From NCBI RefSeq assembly GCF_059727195.1, contig NZ_AP043972.1: 40,000 nucleotides of DNA; one strand, 5' to 3'. Below the pieces are notes generated by a model. The model saw only the letters and a program-made list of their open reading frames with translations, was not told where the DNA came from and did no database searches. Every line of letters begins with the position of its first letter. The first letter of the stretch is position 1. This document shows positions 30,740 to 40,000 of this stretch, in pieces. The translations under genes and the position numbers were made by a program.

Positions 30740-30813
30740 TGGAGCGGGCGAAGGGAATCGAACCCTCGTATAGAGCTTGGGAAGCTCTCGTTCTACCATT
30801 GAACTACGCCCGC
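30740..30813 (-). tRNA. glyU: tRNA-Gly(CCC)
   Basis: Minus strand GCGGGCGTAGTTCAATGGTAGAACGAGAGCTTCCCAAGCTCTATACGAGGGTTCGATTCCCTTCGCCCGCTCCA; cloverleaf with anticodon CCC and encoded CCA. Confidence 0.97.
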
Positions 30814-30891
30814 TTCGAGATGCGTAAGGCATTATAAACCTTACGCTCTCCTTAGCAAGTGCCGCGCTGCTGACTGCTGATTAATTCGCCA

Positions 30892-31644
30892 TCAGCATTT
30901 TGGCTTGCTGCCCTGAGGCGGCAAGTAACGTAGCGGATCAATTGCCGTTGCACGGTAACGAATCTGGAAATGCAGGCGAACCGATGCCGCATCAGTGCTC
31001 CCCATAGTGGCGATTTTTTGTCCAGCCTTTACGCTTTGCCCATTATTTACCAGCATCGTGTCATTATGGGCGTAAGCCGTAATGTAATCTTCACTGTGTT
31101 TAATCATGATGAGATTACCGTAGCCACGCAGCTGGTTGCCCACATACACCACCTTTCCTGCACCCGCGGCGTAAATAGGTGTACCCCGTGGAGCTGAGAT
31201 ATCAATCCCTTTATTGCCGCCATCAGCTGTCGAATACGGCATGATAACTTTCCCTGTCGTTGGCCATAACCAACAACGTTGCCCTACTGGCGGCCAGGAA
31301 GATTTCGGTACTGCTGATGACGGTGTAACCGATGCGGTTTTGGTCGTTGATTTGGCGGTTGATTTACGTGTACTGCTACTTTTCGCCCCACCCAGTTTTA
31401 GTTTCTGACCAACTTCAATGGTGTAAGGGGGGGAAATGCCGTTCAGTCGCGCCAGCTCTTTTACGCTGGTTCCCGTGGTGCGCGAAATACGATATAGCGT
31501 ATCCCCCCGTTTCACGGTGTAAACGGAGCCGGAATACGTTCCTGTATCGGATGATTTGCTACCCGAGCAGCCCGCCAAAAGCAGTCCAACCGATAACAAC
31601 ATCACGATACCCAGAGATTTTTTATTCAGGCGTCCCGCACTCAA
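30892..31644 (-). CDS. ygeR: LysM + M23/LytM-domain lipoprotein, amidase activator type
   Basis: Lipobox LLLAGC; LysM YTVKRGDTLYRISRTTGTSVKELARLNGI; LytM domain GNKGIDISAPRGTPIYAAGAGKVVYVGNQLRGYGNLIMIKH. Probable TTG start at 31644. Confidence 0.93.
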   Translation of the reverse strand: MSAGRLNKKSLGIVMLLSVGLLLAGCSGSKSSDTGTYSGSVYTVKRGDTLYRISRTTGTSVKELARLNGISPPYTIEVGQKLKLGGAKSSSTRKSTAKSTTKTASVTPSSAVPKSSWPPVGQRCWLWPTTGKVIMPYSTADGGNKGIDISAPRGTPIYAAGAGKVVYVGNQLRGYGNLIMIKHSEDYITAYAHNDTMLVNNGQSVKAGQKIATMGSTDAASVRLHFQIRYRATAIDPLRYLPPQGSKPKC

Positions 31645-31885
31645 AATCTTTCCTCGCTTAAAAAACAAGACGCCATATCATAGCAGCCAGCCTCTTGATA
31701 CCCAATCTCTTGCTTCTGGAAAAACGCGGTAATAGAGAAAGAGGTTAATTTCATTTGGCAAAGGGAAGTATCATCAGCAAAATATTCACTGTAGATGTAT
31801 CTAATTTCCTGACTCATTTACCCTATTTCCCATCCTGATGCGTAATAATCCCAATTTATCACATTGATTTTATCGCCACTCATAT

Positions 31886-31897
31886 TGATACGTATCA
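31886..31897. promoter_or_regulatory. palindromic candidate activator-binding site upstream of xdhA
   Basis: Perfect palindrome TGATACGTATCA; CGTATCA recurs at 31922-31928 (31-bp centre-type spacing), about 90-110 bp upstream of the sigma54 candidate. Confidence 0.4.
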
Positions 31898-31988
31898 CTG
31901 CCCCTATTCAGGGTCCTGTTTCGTATCATATCTGTGTTTTTTTAACATCATCACACTTCCTTCCTCCCTTAACGCTTATCGTCGTTTC

Positions 31989-32003
31989 TGGCGTAAATCT
32001 TGC
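31989..32003 (+). promoter_or_regulatory. candidate sigma54 -24/-12 promoter for xdhA
   Basis: TGGCGTAAATCTTGC: TGG and TGC elements with exact GG-N10-GC spacing, about 55 bp upstream of the xdhA start. Confidence 0.65.
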
Positions 32004-32059
32004 CTGCTTAGACTAAATCTTTGCCATAAGAACCAAATGTTCAAATCGAGGGGATTTCT

Positions 32060-34357
32060 ATGGAAGCGCGGGAAGCAACCGCTACAGGTGAATCATGCAT
32101 GCGCGTAGATGCCATTGCTAAGGTCACCGGGCGGGCACGATATACTGACGATTATGTTATGGCGGGCATGTGTTACGCGAAATATGTACGTAGCCCTATC
32201 GCACATGGTTATGCCGTAAGTATTAATGATGAACAAGCCAGAAGTTTACCGGGCGTACTGGCGATTTTTACCTGGGAAGATGTGCCTGATATCCCATTCG
32301 CTACAGCTGGGCATGCCTGGACACTTGACGAAAACAAGCGCGATACCGCCGATCGCGCACTGCTAACTCGCCATGTTCGTCACCATGGTGACGCCGTTGC
32401 CATCGTCGTGGCCCGTGATGAACTCACGGCAGAAAAAGCGGCGCAATTGGTCAGCATTGAGTGGCAAGAATTACCCGTTATCACCACCCCAGAAGCGGCG
32501 CTGGCTGATGACGCTGAACCAATCCATAACGGCGGCAATTTACTAAAACAAAGCACGATGACGACGGGCAATGTCCAACAAACAATCGATGCCGCCGACT
32601 ACCAGGTACAGGGGCACTATCAGACGCCGGTCATTCAACATTGTCACATGGAAAGCGTGACATCGCTGGCATGGATGGAGGATGACTCGCGAATTACCAT
32701 CGTTTCCAGCACCCAGATCCCGCACATTGTTCGCCGCGTGGTTGGTCAGGCGCTGGATATCCCCTGGTCATGCGTACGAGTCATCAAACCGTTTGTCGGT
32801 GGCGGTTTTGGTAATAAACAGGATGTACTGGAAGAGCCAATGGCAGCATTCCTGACCAGCAAGCTTGGCGGCATTCCGGTGAAAGTTTCCCTTAGCCGTG
32901 AAGAGTGTTTCCTCGCAACCCGTACCCGCCACGCTTTTACTATTGACGGGCAAATGGGCGTGAACCGCGACGGAACATTGAAAGGTTATAGTCTGGATGT
33001 TCTGTCTAACACCGGCGCTTATGCATCTCACGGGCACTCCATCGCTTCTGCAGGGGGGAATAAAGTCGCTTACCTTTATCCTCGTTGTGCCTACGCTTAC
33101 AGTTCAAAGACCTGCTATACCAACCTCCCCTCGGCTGGTGCGATGCGTGGTTATGGCGCGCCACAAGTCGTATTTGCCGTTGAGTCTATGCTTGATGACG
33201 CCGCGACAGCGTTAGGTATTGATCCTGTTGAAATTCGTTTACGCAACGCCGCCCGCGAAGGAGATGCTAATCCGCTCACGGGCAAACGTATTTACAGCGC
33301 AGGGTTGCCGGAGTGTCTTGAAAAAGGCCGGAAAATCTTTGAATGGGAAAAACGCCGTGCAGAGTGCCAGAACCAGCAAGGCAATTTACGCCGCGGCGTT
33401 GGCGTCGCCTGTTTTAGCTACACCTCGAACACCTGGCCTGTCGGCGTAGAAATAGCAGGCGCGCGCCTTCTGATGAATCAGGATGGAACCATCAACGTGC
33501 AAAGCGGCGCGACGGAAATCGGTCAGGGTGCCGACACCGTCTTCTCGCAAATGGTGGCAGAAACCGTGGGGGTTCCGGTCAGCGACGTTCGCGTTATTTC
33601 AACACAAGATACCGATGTTACGCCGTTCGATCCCGGCGCATTTGCCTCACGCCAGAGCTATGTTGCCGCGCCTGCGCTGCGCAGTGCGGCACTGTTATTA
33701 AAAGAGAAAATCATCGCTCACGCCGCAGTCATGCTACATCAGTCAGCGATGAATCTGACCCTGATAAAAGGCCATATCGTGCTGGTTGAACGACCGGAAG
33801 AGCCGTTAATGTCGTTAAAAGATTTGGCGATGGACGCTTTCTACCACCCTGAACGCGGTGGGCAGCTCTCTGCCGAAAGCTCCATCAAAACCACCACTAA
33901 CCCACCAGCGTTTGGCTGTACCTTTGTTGATCTGACGATCGATATTGCGCTGTGCAAAGTCACCATCAACCGCATCCTCAACGTTCATGATTCGGGCCAT
34001 ATTCTTAATCCGTTGCTGGCAGAAGGTCAGGTACACGGCGGAATGGGAATGGGCATTGGCTGGGCGCTATTTGAAGAGATGATCATCGATGCGAAAAGCG
34101 GCGTGGTCCGTAACCCCAATCTGCTGGATTACAAAATGCCCACCATGCCGGATCTGCCACAACTGGAAAGCGCGTTCATCGAAATCAATGAGCCGCAATC
34201 CGCATACGGACATAAGTCACTAGGTGAGCCACCAATAATTCCTGTTGCCGCTGCTATTCGTAACGCGGTGAAGATGGCTACCGGTGTTGCAATCAATACA
34301 CTGCCGCTGACGCCAAAACGGTTATATGAAGAGTTCCATCTGGCAGGATTGATTTGA
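32060..34357 (+). CDS. xdhA: molybdenum-containing hydroxylase large subunit, putative xanthine dehydrogenase
   Basis: 765 aa with Mo-cofactor hydroxylase motifs (GGGFGNKQD, GAMRGYGAPQ, GQGADTVFSQ). GAGGGG RBS supports 32060; alternative Met at 32099. Confidence 0.95.
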   Translation: MEAREATATGESCMRVDAIAKVTGRARYTDDYVMAGMCYAKYVRSPIAHGYAVSINDEQARSLPGVLAIFTWEDVPDIPFATAGHAWTLDENKRDTADRALLTRHVRHHGDAVAIVVARDELTAEKAAQLVSIEWQELPVITTPEAALADDAEPIHNGGNLLKQSTMTTGNVQQTIDAADYQVQGHYQTPVIQHCHMESVTSLAWMEDDSRITIVSSTQIPHIVRRVVGQALDIPWSCVRVIKPFVGGGFGNKQDVLEEPMAAFLTSKLGGIPVKVSLSREECFLATRTRHAFTIDGQMGVNRDGTLKGYSLDVLSNTGAYASHGHSIASAGGNKVAYLYPRCAYAYSSKTCYTNLPSAGAMRGYGAPQVVFAVESMLDDAATALGIDPVEIRLRNAAREGDANPLTGKRIYSAGLPECLEKGRKIFEWEKRRAECQNQQGNLRRGVGVACFSYTSNTWPVGVEIAGARLLMNQDGTINVQSGATEIGQGADTVFSQMVAETVGVPVSDVRVISTQDTDVTPFDPGAFASRQSYVAAPALRSAALLLKEKIIAHAAVMLHQSAMNLTLIKGHIVLVERPEEPLMSLKDLAMDAFYHPERGGQLSAESSIKTTTNPPAFGCTFVDLTIDIALCKVTINRILNVHDSGHILNPLLAEGQVHGGMGMGIGWALFEEMIIDAKSGVVRNPNLLDYKMPTMPDLPQLESAFIEINEPQSAYGHKSLGEPPIIPVAAAIRNAVKMATGVAINTLPLTPKRLYEEFHLAGLI

Positions 34358-34367
34358 GGATAACATC

Positions 34368-35246
34368 ATGTTTGATTTTGCTTCTTACCATCGCGCAGCA
34401 ACCCTTGCCGATGCCATCAACCTGCTGGCTGACAACCCGCAGGCCAAACTGCTCGCCGGTGGCACTGACGTACTGATTCAGCTCCACCATCACAATGACC
34501 GTTATCGCCATATTGTTGATATTCATAATCTGGCGGAGCTGCGGGGAATTACGCTGGCGGAAGATGGCTCACTACGTATCGGCTCTGCAACGACATTTAC
34601 CCAGCTAATAGAAGATCCTATAACTCAACGTCTTCTCCCGGCGTTATGTGCTGCGGCCTCGTCCATTGCTGGACCGCAGATCCGTAACGTCGCTACCTAC
34701 GGTGGAAATATTTGCAACGGTGCCACCAGCGCAGATTCTGCCACGCCAACGCTCATTTATGACGCGAAACTGGAGATCCACTCCCCACGCAGTGTTCGTT
34801 TCGTCCCGATTAATGGCTTTCACACCGGGCCGGGCAAAGTGTCTCTTGAGCATGACGAAATCCTTGTCGCCTTTCATTTTCCGCCCCAGCCGAAAGAACA
34901 CGTGGGCAGCGCGCATTTTAAATATGCCATGCGCGACGCAATGGATATTTCAACGATTGGCTGTGCCGCACATTGCCGACTGGATAGCGGCAATTTCAGC
35001 GAATTACGCCTGGCATTTGGTGTTGCCGCGCCAACGCCGATTCGCTGCCAACATGCCGAACAGACTGCACAAAATGCGCCATTAAACCTGCAAACGCTGG
35101 AAGCTATCAGCGAATCTGTCCTGCAAGATGTCGCCCCGCGTTCTTCATGGCGGGCCAGTAAAGAGTTTCGTCTGCATCTCATCCAGACAATGACCAAAAA
35201 AGTGATTAGCGAAGCCGTCGCCGCGGCGGGGGGAAAATTGCAATGA
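34368..35246 (+). CDS. xdhB: xanthine dehydrogenase FAD-binding subunit
   Basis: 292 aa; FAD-domain motifs [13 protein letters not shown] and [19 protein letters not shown]. Confidence 0.95.
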   Translation: MFDFASYHRAATLADAINLLADNPQAKLLAGGTDVLIQLHHHNDRYRHIVDIHNLAELRGITLAEDGSLRIGSATTFTQLIEDPITQRLLPALCAAASSIAGPQIRNVATYGGNICNGATSADSATPTLIYDAKLEIHSPRSVRFVPINGFHTGPGKVSLEHDEILVAFHFPPQPKEHVGSAHFKYAMRDAMDISTIGCAAHCRLDSGNFSELRLAFGVAAPTPIRCQHAEQTAQNAPLNLQTLEAISESVLQDVAPRSSWRASKEFRLHLIQTMTKKVISEAVAAAGGKLQ

Positions 35247-35722
35247 ATCACAGTGAAACAATTACCATCGAATGCACCATTAACGGGATGCCTTTTCAGC
35301 TTCACGCCGCACCAGGCATGCCGCTCTCGGAATTACTCCGCGATCAAGGACTGCTAAGTGTCAAACAAGGGTGCTGCGTGGGTGAATGTGGTGCCTGTAC
35401 GGTGCTGGTCGACGGCACAGCAATAGACAGTTGCTTATACCTTGCCGCCTGGGCTGAAGGAAAAGAGATCCGCACGCTGGAAGGTGAAGCGAAAGGCGGA
35501 AAACTTTCTCATGTTCAGCAGGCTTATGCGAAATCCGGCGCGGTGCAGTGCGGGTTTTGTACGCCTGGCCTGATTATGGCTACCACGGCAATGCTGGCAA
35601 AGCCGCGCGAGAAGCCATTAACCATTACGGAAATTCGTCGCGGTCTGGCGGGAAATCTTTGTCGCTGCACGGGGTATCAGATGATTGTAAATACAGTTCT
35701 GGATTGCGAGAAAACGAAGTAA
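35243..35722 (+). CDS. xdhC: xanthine dehydrogenase 2x[2Fe-2S] subunit
   Basis: 159 aa; [15 protein letters not shown] and CGFCTPG / CRCTGY cluster ligands. Confidence 0.96.
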   Translation: MNHSETITIECTINGMPFQLHAAPGMPLSELLRDQGLLSVKQGCCVGECGACTVLVDGTAIDSCLYLAAWAEGKEIRTLEGEAKGGKLSHVQQAYAKSGAVQCGFCTPGLIMATTAMLAKPREKPLTITEIRRGLAGNLCRCTGYQMIVNTVLDCEKTK

Positions 35723-35728
35723 AAGGAT

Positions 35729-35752
35729 ATCCGGCCTGAATTCAGGCCGGAT
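35729..35752. terminator. probable bidirectional hairpin in the convergent xdhC/ygeV gap
   Basis: Perfect 24-nt palindrome ATCCGGCCTGAATTCAGGCCGGAT in the 39-bp gap between convergent stop codons. Confidence 0.6.
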
Positions 35753-35761
35753 TCACTGAGG

Positions 35762-37540
35762 TTATGTGTTTAACAACTCATATTTCTTAATCTTGCGATA
35801 GAGCGTAGCAATACCGATGCCCAGTTCATCAGCAACTTGCTTCTTGCTGTTATGGCGTGAAAGCGCCTCGCGGATCATTTGCTTTTCCATCTCCTCCAGC
35901 GCCGTGCCGCCCGCATCATCGAGTGCCAGGTGCGCCTCGCTGACCTCTGTTACATCACTTTGTTCCGTTGTGCCATTATTCAGCAGATTTGGCGGCAATA
36001 GCGTGCTATCGATAACTTCACCTGAAGGAACAACGTTAACCAGATATTCCATCAAATTGCTTAACTCGCGCAGGTTTCCGGGCCAACGATGCTTACGCAA
36101 TATTTCGACGACATCAGGAGCAATGCCAGGATAAACCGATCCCAGACGACGGGTATGCAGATGTAAAAAGTAATGCACCAGTAGTTCAATATCTTCCTGG
36201 CGTTCACGCAGCGGTGGAAGAGTTATCGGGATAACATTAAGTCGGTAGAAGAGATCTTCGCGGAATTTACCTTCGGCAATGAACTGGGCCAAATTCTGAT
36301 TAGTTGCAGAAATGATGCGGATGTCGACTTGTATTGGGCTACTGGCACCAATCGGCAGAATTTCACGCGCCTCAATAGCGCGCAGTAATTTAGCCTGCAA
36401 CATTAATGGCATATCACCTATTTCATCGAGAAACAGCGTGCCCGTATTCGCCGCCTGAATCAACCCTGTTTTACCGTTGGCAGAAGCGCCAGTAAATGCG
36501 CCTTTAACATAACCGAACAGTTCGCTCTCCAGAAGCTGCTCCGGAATCGCGGCACAGTTGATAGCAATAAAGGGTTTATTCCGTCTTCCGCTCAACTTAT
36601 GGATTGCACGGGCGACAACTTCTTTACCCGTGCCGCTTTCACCAACCACCATAACGCTGGATGGGCTGGGTGCAATACGGCTAATGAGTCGTTTTAATTG
36701 CCGCATAACACGGCACTCGCCAACCAATTGTTCAATATGTGGTTCATCAGGTGCATTTGCTACAGAAAAACTGGTATGCGATTGGTGAAACGCCATTAAA
36801 AATAATTGTCGGCCCTGAATGTTATGCAATTGACCAATGATTAATTCACTTTTATCGTCCCACGAAACAATATGCTGCATATGTCCATGGGTAAAATTAC
36901 TCTCAAATGTTAATGGTCTGAAACGGATAGGTTTCCCAATAATATTATTTTGTACAACACCAAGTGTTTTTAAGGCAGTCTGATTAACAAACTGAACCCG
37001 ACTTTCATCATCAACAACTAATACGCCCTGATCCATATTATCGATCATGGTCGCGAATATTTTACTGATGTTATCTCCTGGCCCCTGATCCTCCAGAAGT
37101 TTCGAAACAAAAATGGTGGATATATGGCGAACGTAATCAGAAAATTCGCGTAAATTATCACTGATATGTTCTTGTTGCTCGTGGGTAACGGCAATCAAAC
37201 TTATCACCCCAACACAACGATCCTGTAAAATGACAGGCGTACCCAGAAATGCTTTTTCACGGCAATTTTCTTTACTATCGCAACCTTCGCAAAGGGGATC
37301 GAAGCGAGACTGTGTCACAACTTTTTCAGTTTTCGTTTCCAGGACGTGGCGGAGCAGGCGTGAGTTGCCGCTCAACTGGCGGCCAAGAAACTTCCCATAC
37401 GCGCCCGTTCCGGCGACGCGACACAAGTTTTCATCAACGATCTCAACCTCAAGCTGCAAAACGCTGGCAAGCATTCTGGCAAAACGCTGAATTGTCGGTT
37501 GAATTTGCATCAGTACTGACTGCGTAGTAGCAAGCTCCAT
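35762..37540 (-). CDS. ygeV: sigma54-dependent transcriptional activator
   Basis: 592 aa; PAS segment, AAA+ Walker A GESGTGKE, GAFTGA, C-terminal Fis-type HTH. Confidence 0.95.
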   Translation of the reverse strand: MELATTQSVLMQIQPTIQRFARMLASVLQLEVEIVDENLCRVAGTGAYGKFLGRQLSGNSRLLRHVLETKTEKVVTQSRFDPLCEGCDSKENCREKAFLGTPVILQDRCVGVISLIAVTHEQQEHISDNLREFSDYVRHISTIFVSKLLEDQGPGDNISKIFATMIDNMDQGVLVVDDESRVQFVNQTALKTLGVVQNNIIGKPIRFRPLTFESNFTHGHMQHIVSWDDKSELIIGQLHNIQGRQLFLMAFHQSHTSFSVANAPDEPHIEQLVGECRVMRQLKRLISRIAPSPSSVMVVGESGTGKEVVARAIHKLSGRRNKPFIAINCAAIPEQLLESELFGYVKGAFTGASANGKTGLIQAANTGTLFLDEIGDMPLMLQAKLLRAIEAREILPIGASSPIQVDIRIISATNQNLAQFIAEGKFREDLFYRLNVIPITLPPLRERQEDIELLVHYFLHLHTRRLGSVYPGIAPDVVEILRKHRWPGNLRELSNLMEYLVNVVPSGEVIDSTLLPPNLLNNGTTEQSDVTEVSEAHLALDDAGGTALEEMEKQMIREALSRHNSKKQVADELGIGIATLYRKIKKYELLNT

Positions 37541-37909
37541 AGCTTTACCTTCCAGACTTACTTAAAAGTCGATCATTGAAGACGTTGATGGTTCACAGAT
37601 CATGATGATATTAACTCAGACGAAATTGGCTTTGATAAAAACATAAGATTTTTATCACTTTCTAATGAAATTATGGAAGAGATATCACATTTCTATATCA
37701 ATATGAGAATTACGGCGGTGAGTTTATCAAACTGACGAGGGATAACCTGCCCCTTTATCTTATTTCTGATACTTAGCAGCAAATAAATAACGCGATAAAA
37801 AAAGCCAAACGTTTTCGTATTTTACAAACAACCAGAAGCTGGTATCAATTTGTGATCAACCCCACACATTATCCGTCAAATTAGTCTTTTGCAGCCCCGT
37901 GGATAATTC

Positions 37910-37925
37910 TGGCACACTTATTGTT
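37910..37925 (+). promoter_or_regulatory. weak candidate sigma54 promoter for ygeW
   Basis: TGGCACACTTATTGTT resembles TGGCAC-N5-TTGC with a C-to-T change at -12; upstream of ygeW. Confidence 0.35.
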
Positions 37926-38018
37926 AGTCCCAGGTATAGCTGTGAAAACACCAATCACTTTGGCAAGTCACAGTGAAATAAACCACTTTGCCTGTCATTC
38001 CACTACCGGGACTTTATG

Positions 38019-39206
38019 ATGAAAACTGTTAATGAGCTGATTAAGGATATCAATTCGCTGACCTCTCACCTTCACGAGAAAGATTTTTTGTTAACGTGGG
38101 AACAGACGCCAGATGAACTGAAACAAGTACTGGACGTTGCCGCAGCATTAAAAGCACTGCGTGCTGAAAACATCTCAACCAAAGTCTTTAATAGTGGATT
38201 AGGTATTTCCGTATTCCGCGACAACTCCACTCGTACCCGCTTCTCTTATGCTTCCGCGCTTAACCTGCTCGGCCTTGCACAGCAAGATCTCGATGAAGGC
38301 AAATCACAAATCGCTCACGGCGAAACCGTGCGTGAAACCGCCAATATGATCTCCTTCTGCGCCGACGCTATTGGTATTCGCGACGATATGTATCTGGGCG
38401 CAGGCAACGCTTATATGCGTGAAGTTGGCGCTGCACTTGATGACGGCTACAAGCAGGGCGTACTGCCGCAGCGTCCGGCTTTAGTGAACCTGCAATGCGA
38501 TATTGACCACCCGACTCAGTCAATGGCTGACCTGGCATGGTTACGTGAACACTTTGGTTCACTGGAAAACCTGAAAGGTAAAAAAATCGCCATGACCTGG
38601 GCCTACTCCCCAAGCTATGGCAAACCGCTCTCTGTACCACAAGGCATCATCGGTCTGATGACTCGCTTCGGTATGGATGTCACCCTGGCCCATCCGGAAG
38701 GCTACGACCTGATCCCGGATGTCGTTGAAGTGGCGAAAAACAATGCTAAAGCCTCCGGCGGTAGCTTCCGTCAGGTCACCAGCATGGAAGAAGCCTTCAA
38801 AGACGCAGACATCGTTTATCCGAAGTCATGGGCACCTTACAAAGTGATGGAAGAGCGTACTGAATTGCTGCGTGCGAACGATCACGAAGGCTTAAAAGCA
38901 CTGGAAAAACAGTGTCTGGCACAGAACGCGCAACACAAAGACTGGCATTGTACTGAAGAGATGATGGAACTGACCCGTGATGGCGAAGCCCTGTACATGC
39001 ACTGCCTGCCAGCTGATATCAGCGGCGTATCCTGCAAAGAAGGTGAAGTGACTGAAGGCGTATTCGAAAAATACCGTATCGCGACCTACAAAGAAGCCAG
39101 CTGGAAGCCTTATATCATCGCCGCGATGATCCTGTCCCGTAAATACGCCAAACCAGGTGCACTGCTCGAGCAACTGCTGAAAGAAGCGCAAGAACGCGTG
39201 AAATAA
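38019..39206 (+). CDS. ygeW: carbamoyltransferase-family protein (aspartate/ornithine carbamoyltransferase fold)
   Basis: 395-396 aa; FRDNSTRTRFSYASALNLLGL phosphate-loop and HCLPADISG motifs. First Met could be 38016 or 38019. Confidence 0.94.
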   Translation: MKTVNELIKDINSLTSHLHEKDFLLTWEQTPDELKQVLDVAAALKALRAENISTKVFNSGLGISVFRDNSTRTRFSYASALNLLGLAQQDLDEGKSQIAHGETVRETANMISFCADAIGIRDDMYLGAGNAYMREVGAALDDGYKQGVLPQRPALVNLQCDIDHPTQSMADLAWLREHFGSLENLKGKKIAMTWAYSPSYGKPLSVPQGIIGLMTRFGMDVTLAHPEGYDLIPDVVEVAKNNAKASGGSFRQVTSMEEAFKDADIVYPKSWAPYKVMEERTELLRANDHEGLKALEKQCLAQNAQHKDWHCTEEMMELTRDGEALYMHCLPADISGVSCKEGEVTEGVFEKYRIATYKEASWKPYIIAAMILSRKYAKPGALLEQLLKEAQERVK

Positions 39207-39212
39207 CCCCTC

Positions 39213-39234
39213 GGGCCGATCAGCTGGTCGGCCC
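39213..39234 (+). terminator. intercistronic hairpin between ygeW and ygeX
   Basis: GGGCCGA-TCAGCTGG-TCGGCCC stem-loop without a strong U tract; attenuator or mRNA-stability element rather than full terminator. Confidence 0.4.
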
Positions 39235-39263
39235 TCTATTTCCAGAGGCCAAAAGGATAGGAT

Positions 39264-40000
39264 ATGTCCGTTTTCTCATTGAAGATTGATATCGCCGATA
39301 ACAAATTTTTCAACGGCGAAACATCACCGCTCTTTTCGCAAAGCCAGGCCAAACTGGCGCGCCAGTTCCACCAGAAAATTGCTGGTTATCGCCCAACACC
39401 GCTTTGTGCGCTGAACGATCTCGCAAACCTTTTTGGTGTGAAGAAAATTCTCGTCAAAGACGAATCAAAACGATTCGGTCTGAACGCCTTCAAAATGCTC
39501 GGCGGTGCATACGCCATCGCTCAATTATTGTGCGAAAAATATCATCTTGATATCGAAACGCTGTCATTTGAGCACCTGAAAAATGCCATCGGCGAAAAAA
39601 TGACTTTCGCGACCACCACCGACGGCAACCACGGGCGCGGTGTGGCGTGGGCAGCACAGCAACTCGGACAGAATGCGGTGATTTACATGCCGAAAGGTTC
39701 TGCTCAGGAACGCGTTGACGCCATTCTGAACCTCGGTGCCGAGTGCATCGTCACGGATATGAACTATGACGATACCGTTCGCCTGACCATGCAACACGCG
39801 CAGCAGCACGGCTGGGAAGTGGTGCAAGATACCGCCTGGGAAGGTTACACCAAAATCCCAACCTGGATCATGCAAGGCTACGCAACACTGGCAGATGAAG
39901 CCGTCGAGCAAATGCGTGAAATGGGCGTAACCCCGACGCACGTTCTGCTGCAAGCCGGTGTCGGTGCAATGGCCGGTGGTGTGCTGGGTTATCTGGTCGA
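39264..40000 (+). CDS. ygeX: 2,3-diaminopropionate ammonia-lyase (PLP-dependent), truncated at window end
   Basis: ATG 39264 with AAAGGA RBS; translation MSVFSLKIDIADNKFFNGETSPLFSQSQAKLARQFHQKIAGYRPTPLCALNDL...KDESKRFGLNAFKMLGG (PLP lysine region). Confidence 0.92.
   Translation, partial: MSVFSLKIDIADNKFFNGETSPLFSQSQAKLARQFHQKIAGYRPTPLCALNDLANLFGVKKILVKDESKRFGLNAFKMLGGAYAIAQLLCEKYHLDIETLSFEHLKNAIGEKMTFATTTDGNHGRGVAWAAQQLGQNAVIYMPKGSAQERVDAILNLGAECIVTDMNYDDTVRLTMQHAQQHGWEVVQDTAWEGYTKIPTWIMQGYATLADEAVEQMREMGVTPTHVLLQAGVGAMAGGVLGYLV

Noticed and set aside
32380-39191. Numerous ORFs antisense to or overlapping xdhABC, ygeV and ygeW
   Set aside because: GC-richer core coding DNA produces open antisense frames; none show family motifs.
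39564-39953. 129-aa minus-strand ORF near the window end
   Set aside because: Antisense to ygeX, which has an RBS, a PLP-enzyme translation and conserved synteny.
1-40000. CRISPR arrays, transposases, retrons, restriction-modification or phage-defence modules
   Set aside because: No regularly spaced repeats, transposase, reverse transcriptase, Cas or methyltransferase-type ORFs were recognised in the translated frames.

Overview
The gene order and protein families match the E. coli yqeF-ygeX chromosomal interval carrying the ETT2 (E. coli type III secretion system 2) island, inserted next to the glyU tRNA.

(1) 1-2.9 kb is core: yqeF (thiolase) and yqeG (HAAAP amino-acid permease).

(2) About 3-30.7 kb is an AT-rich, SPI-1-like T3SS island. 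It carries many regulators (YqeH, YqeI, YgeH/HilA-like, YgeK, EtrA-like, EivF), a TPR chaperone (YgeG) and an IagB-like lytic transglycosylase. It also carries a visually complete export apparatus, base and needle set (EprHIJK, OrgA/OrgB-like, EpaOPQRS, EivACEFGIJ). No recognisable translocon or effector genes are present.

(3) 30.7-40 kb is core again: glyU, ygeR (LysM/M23), xdhABC, ygeV (sigma54 activator), ygeW and the start of ygeX.

The T3SS itself is a known system, though usually reported as degenerate. The most interesting items are:
- a small lipoprotein gene (15905-16198) whose C-terminal half looks like the InvH pilotin;
- a GTG-start GhoT/OrtT-family membrane toxin-like gene (28653-28832) missed by the ATG-based ORF call;
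- orphan regulators, including YgeK, whose receiver lacks the phospho-acceptor Asp;
- a Cys-rich YqeH;
- a candidate sigma54 promoter and UAS upstream of xdhA.

All homology statements come from recalled family motifs. No searches were run.
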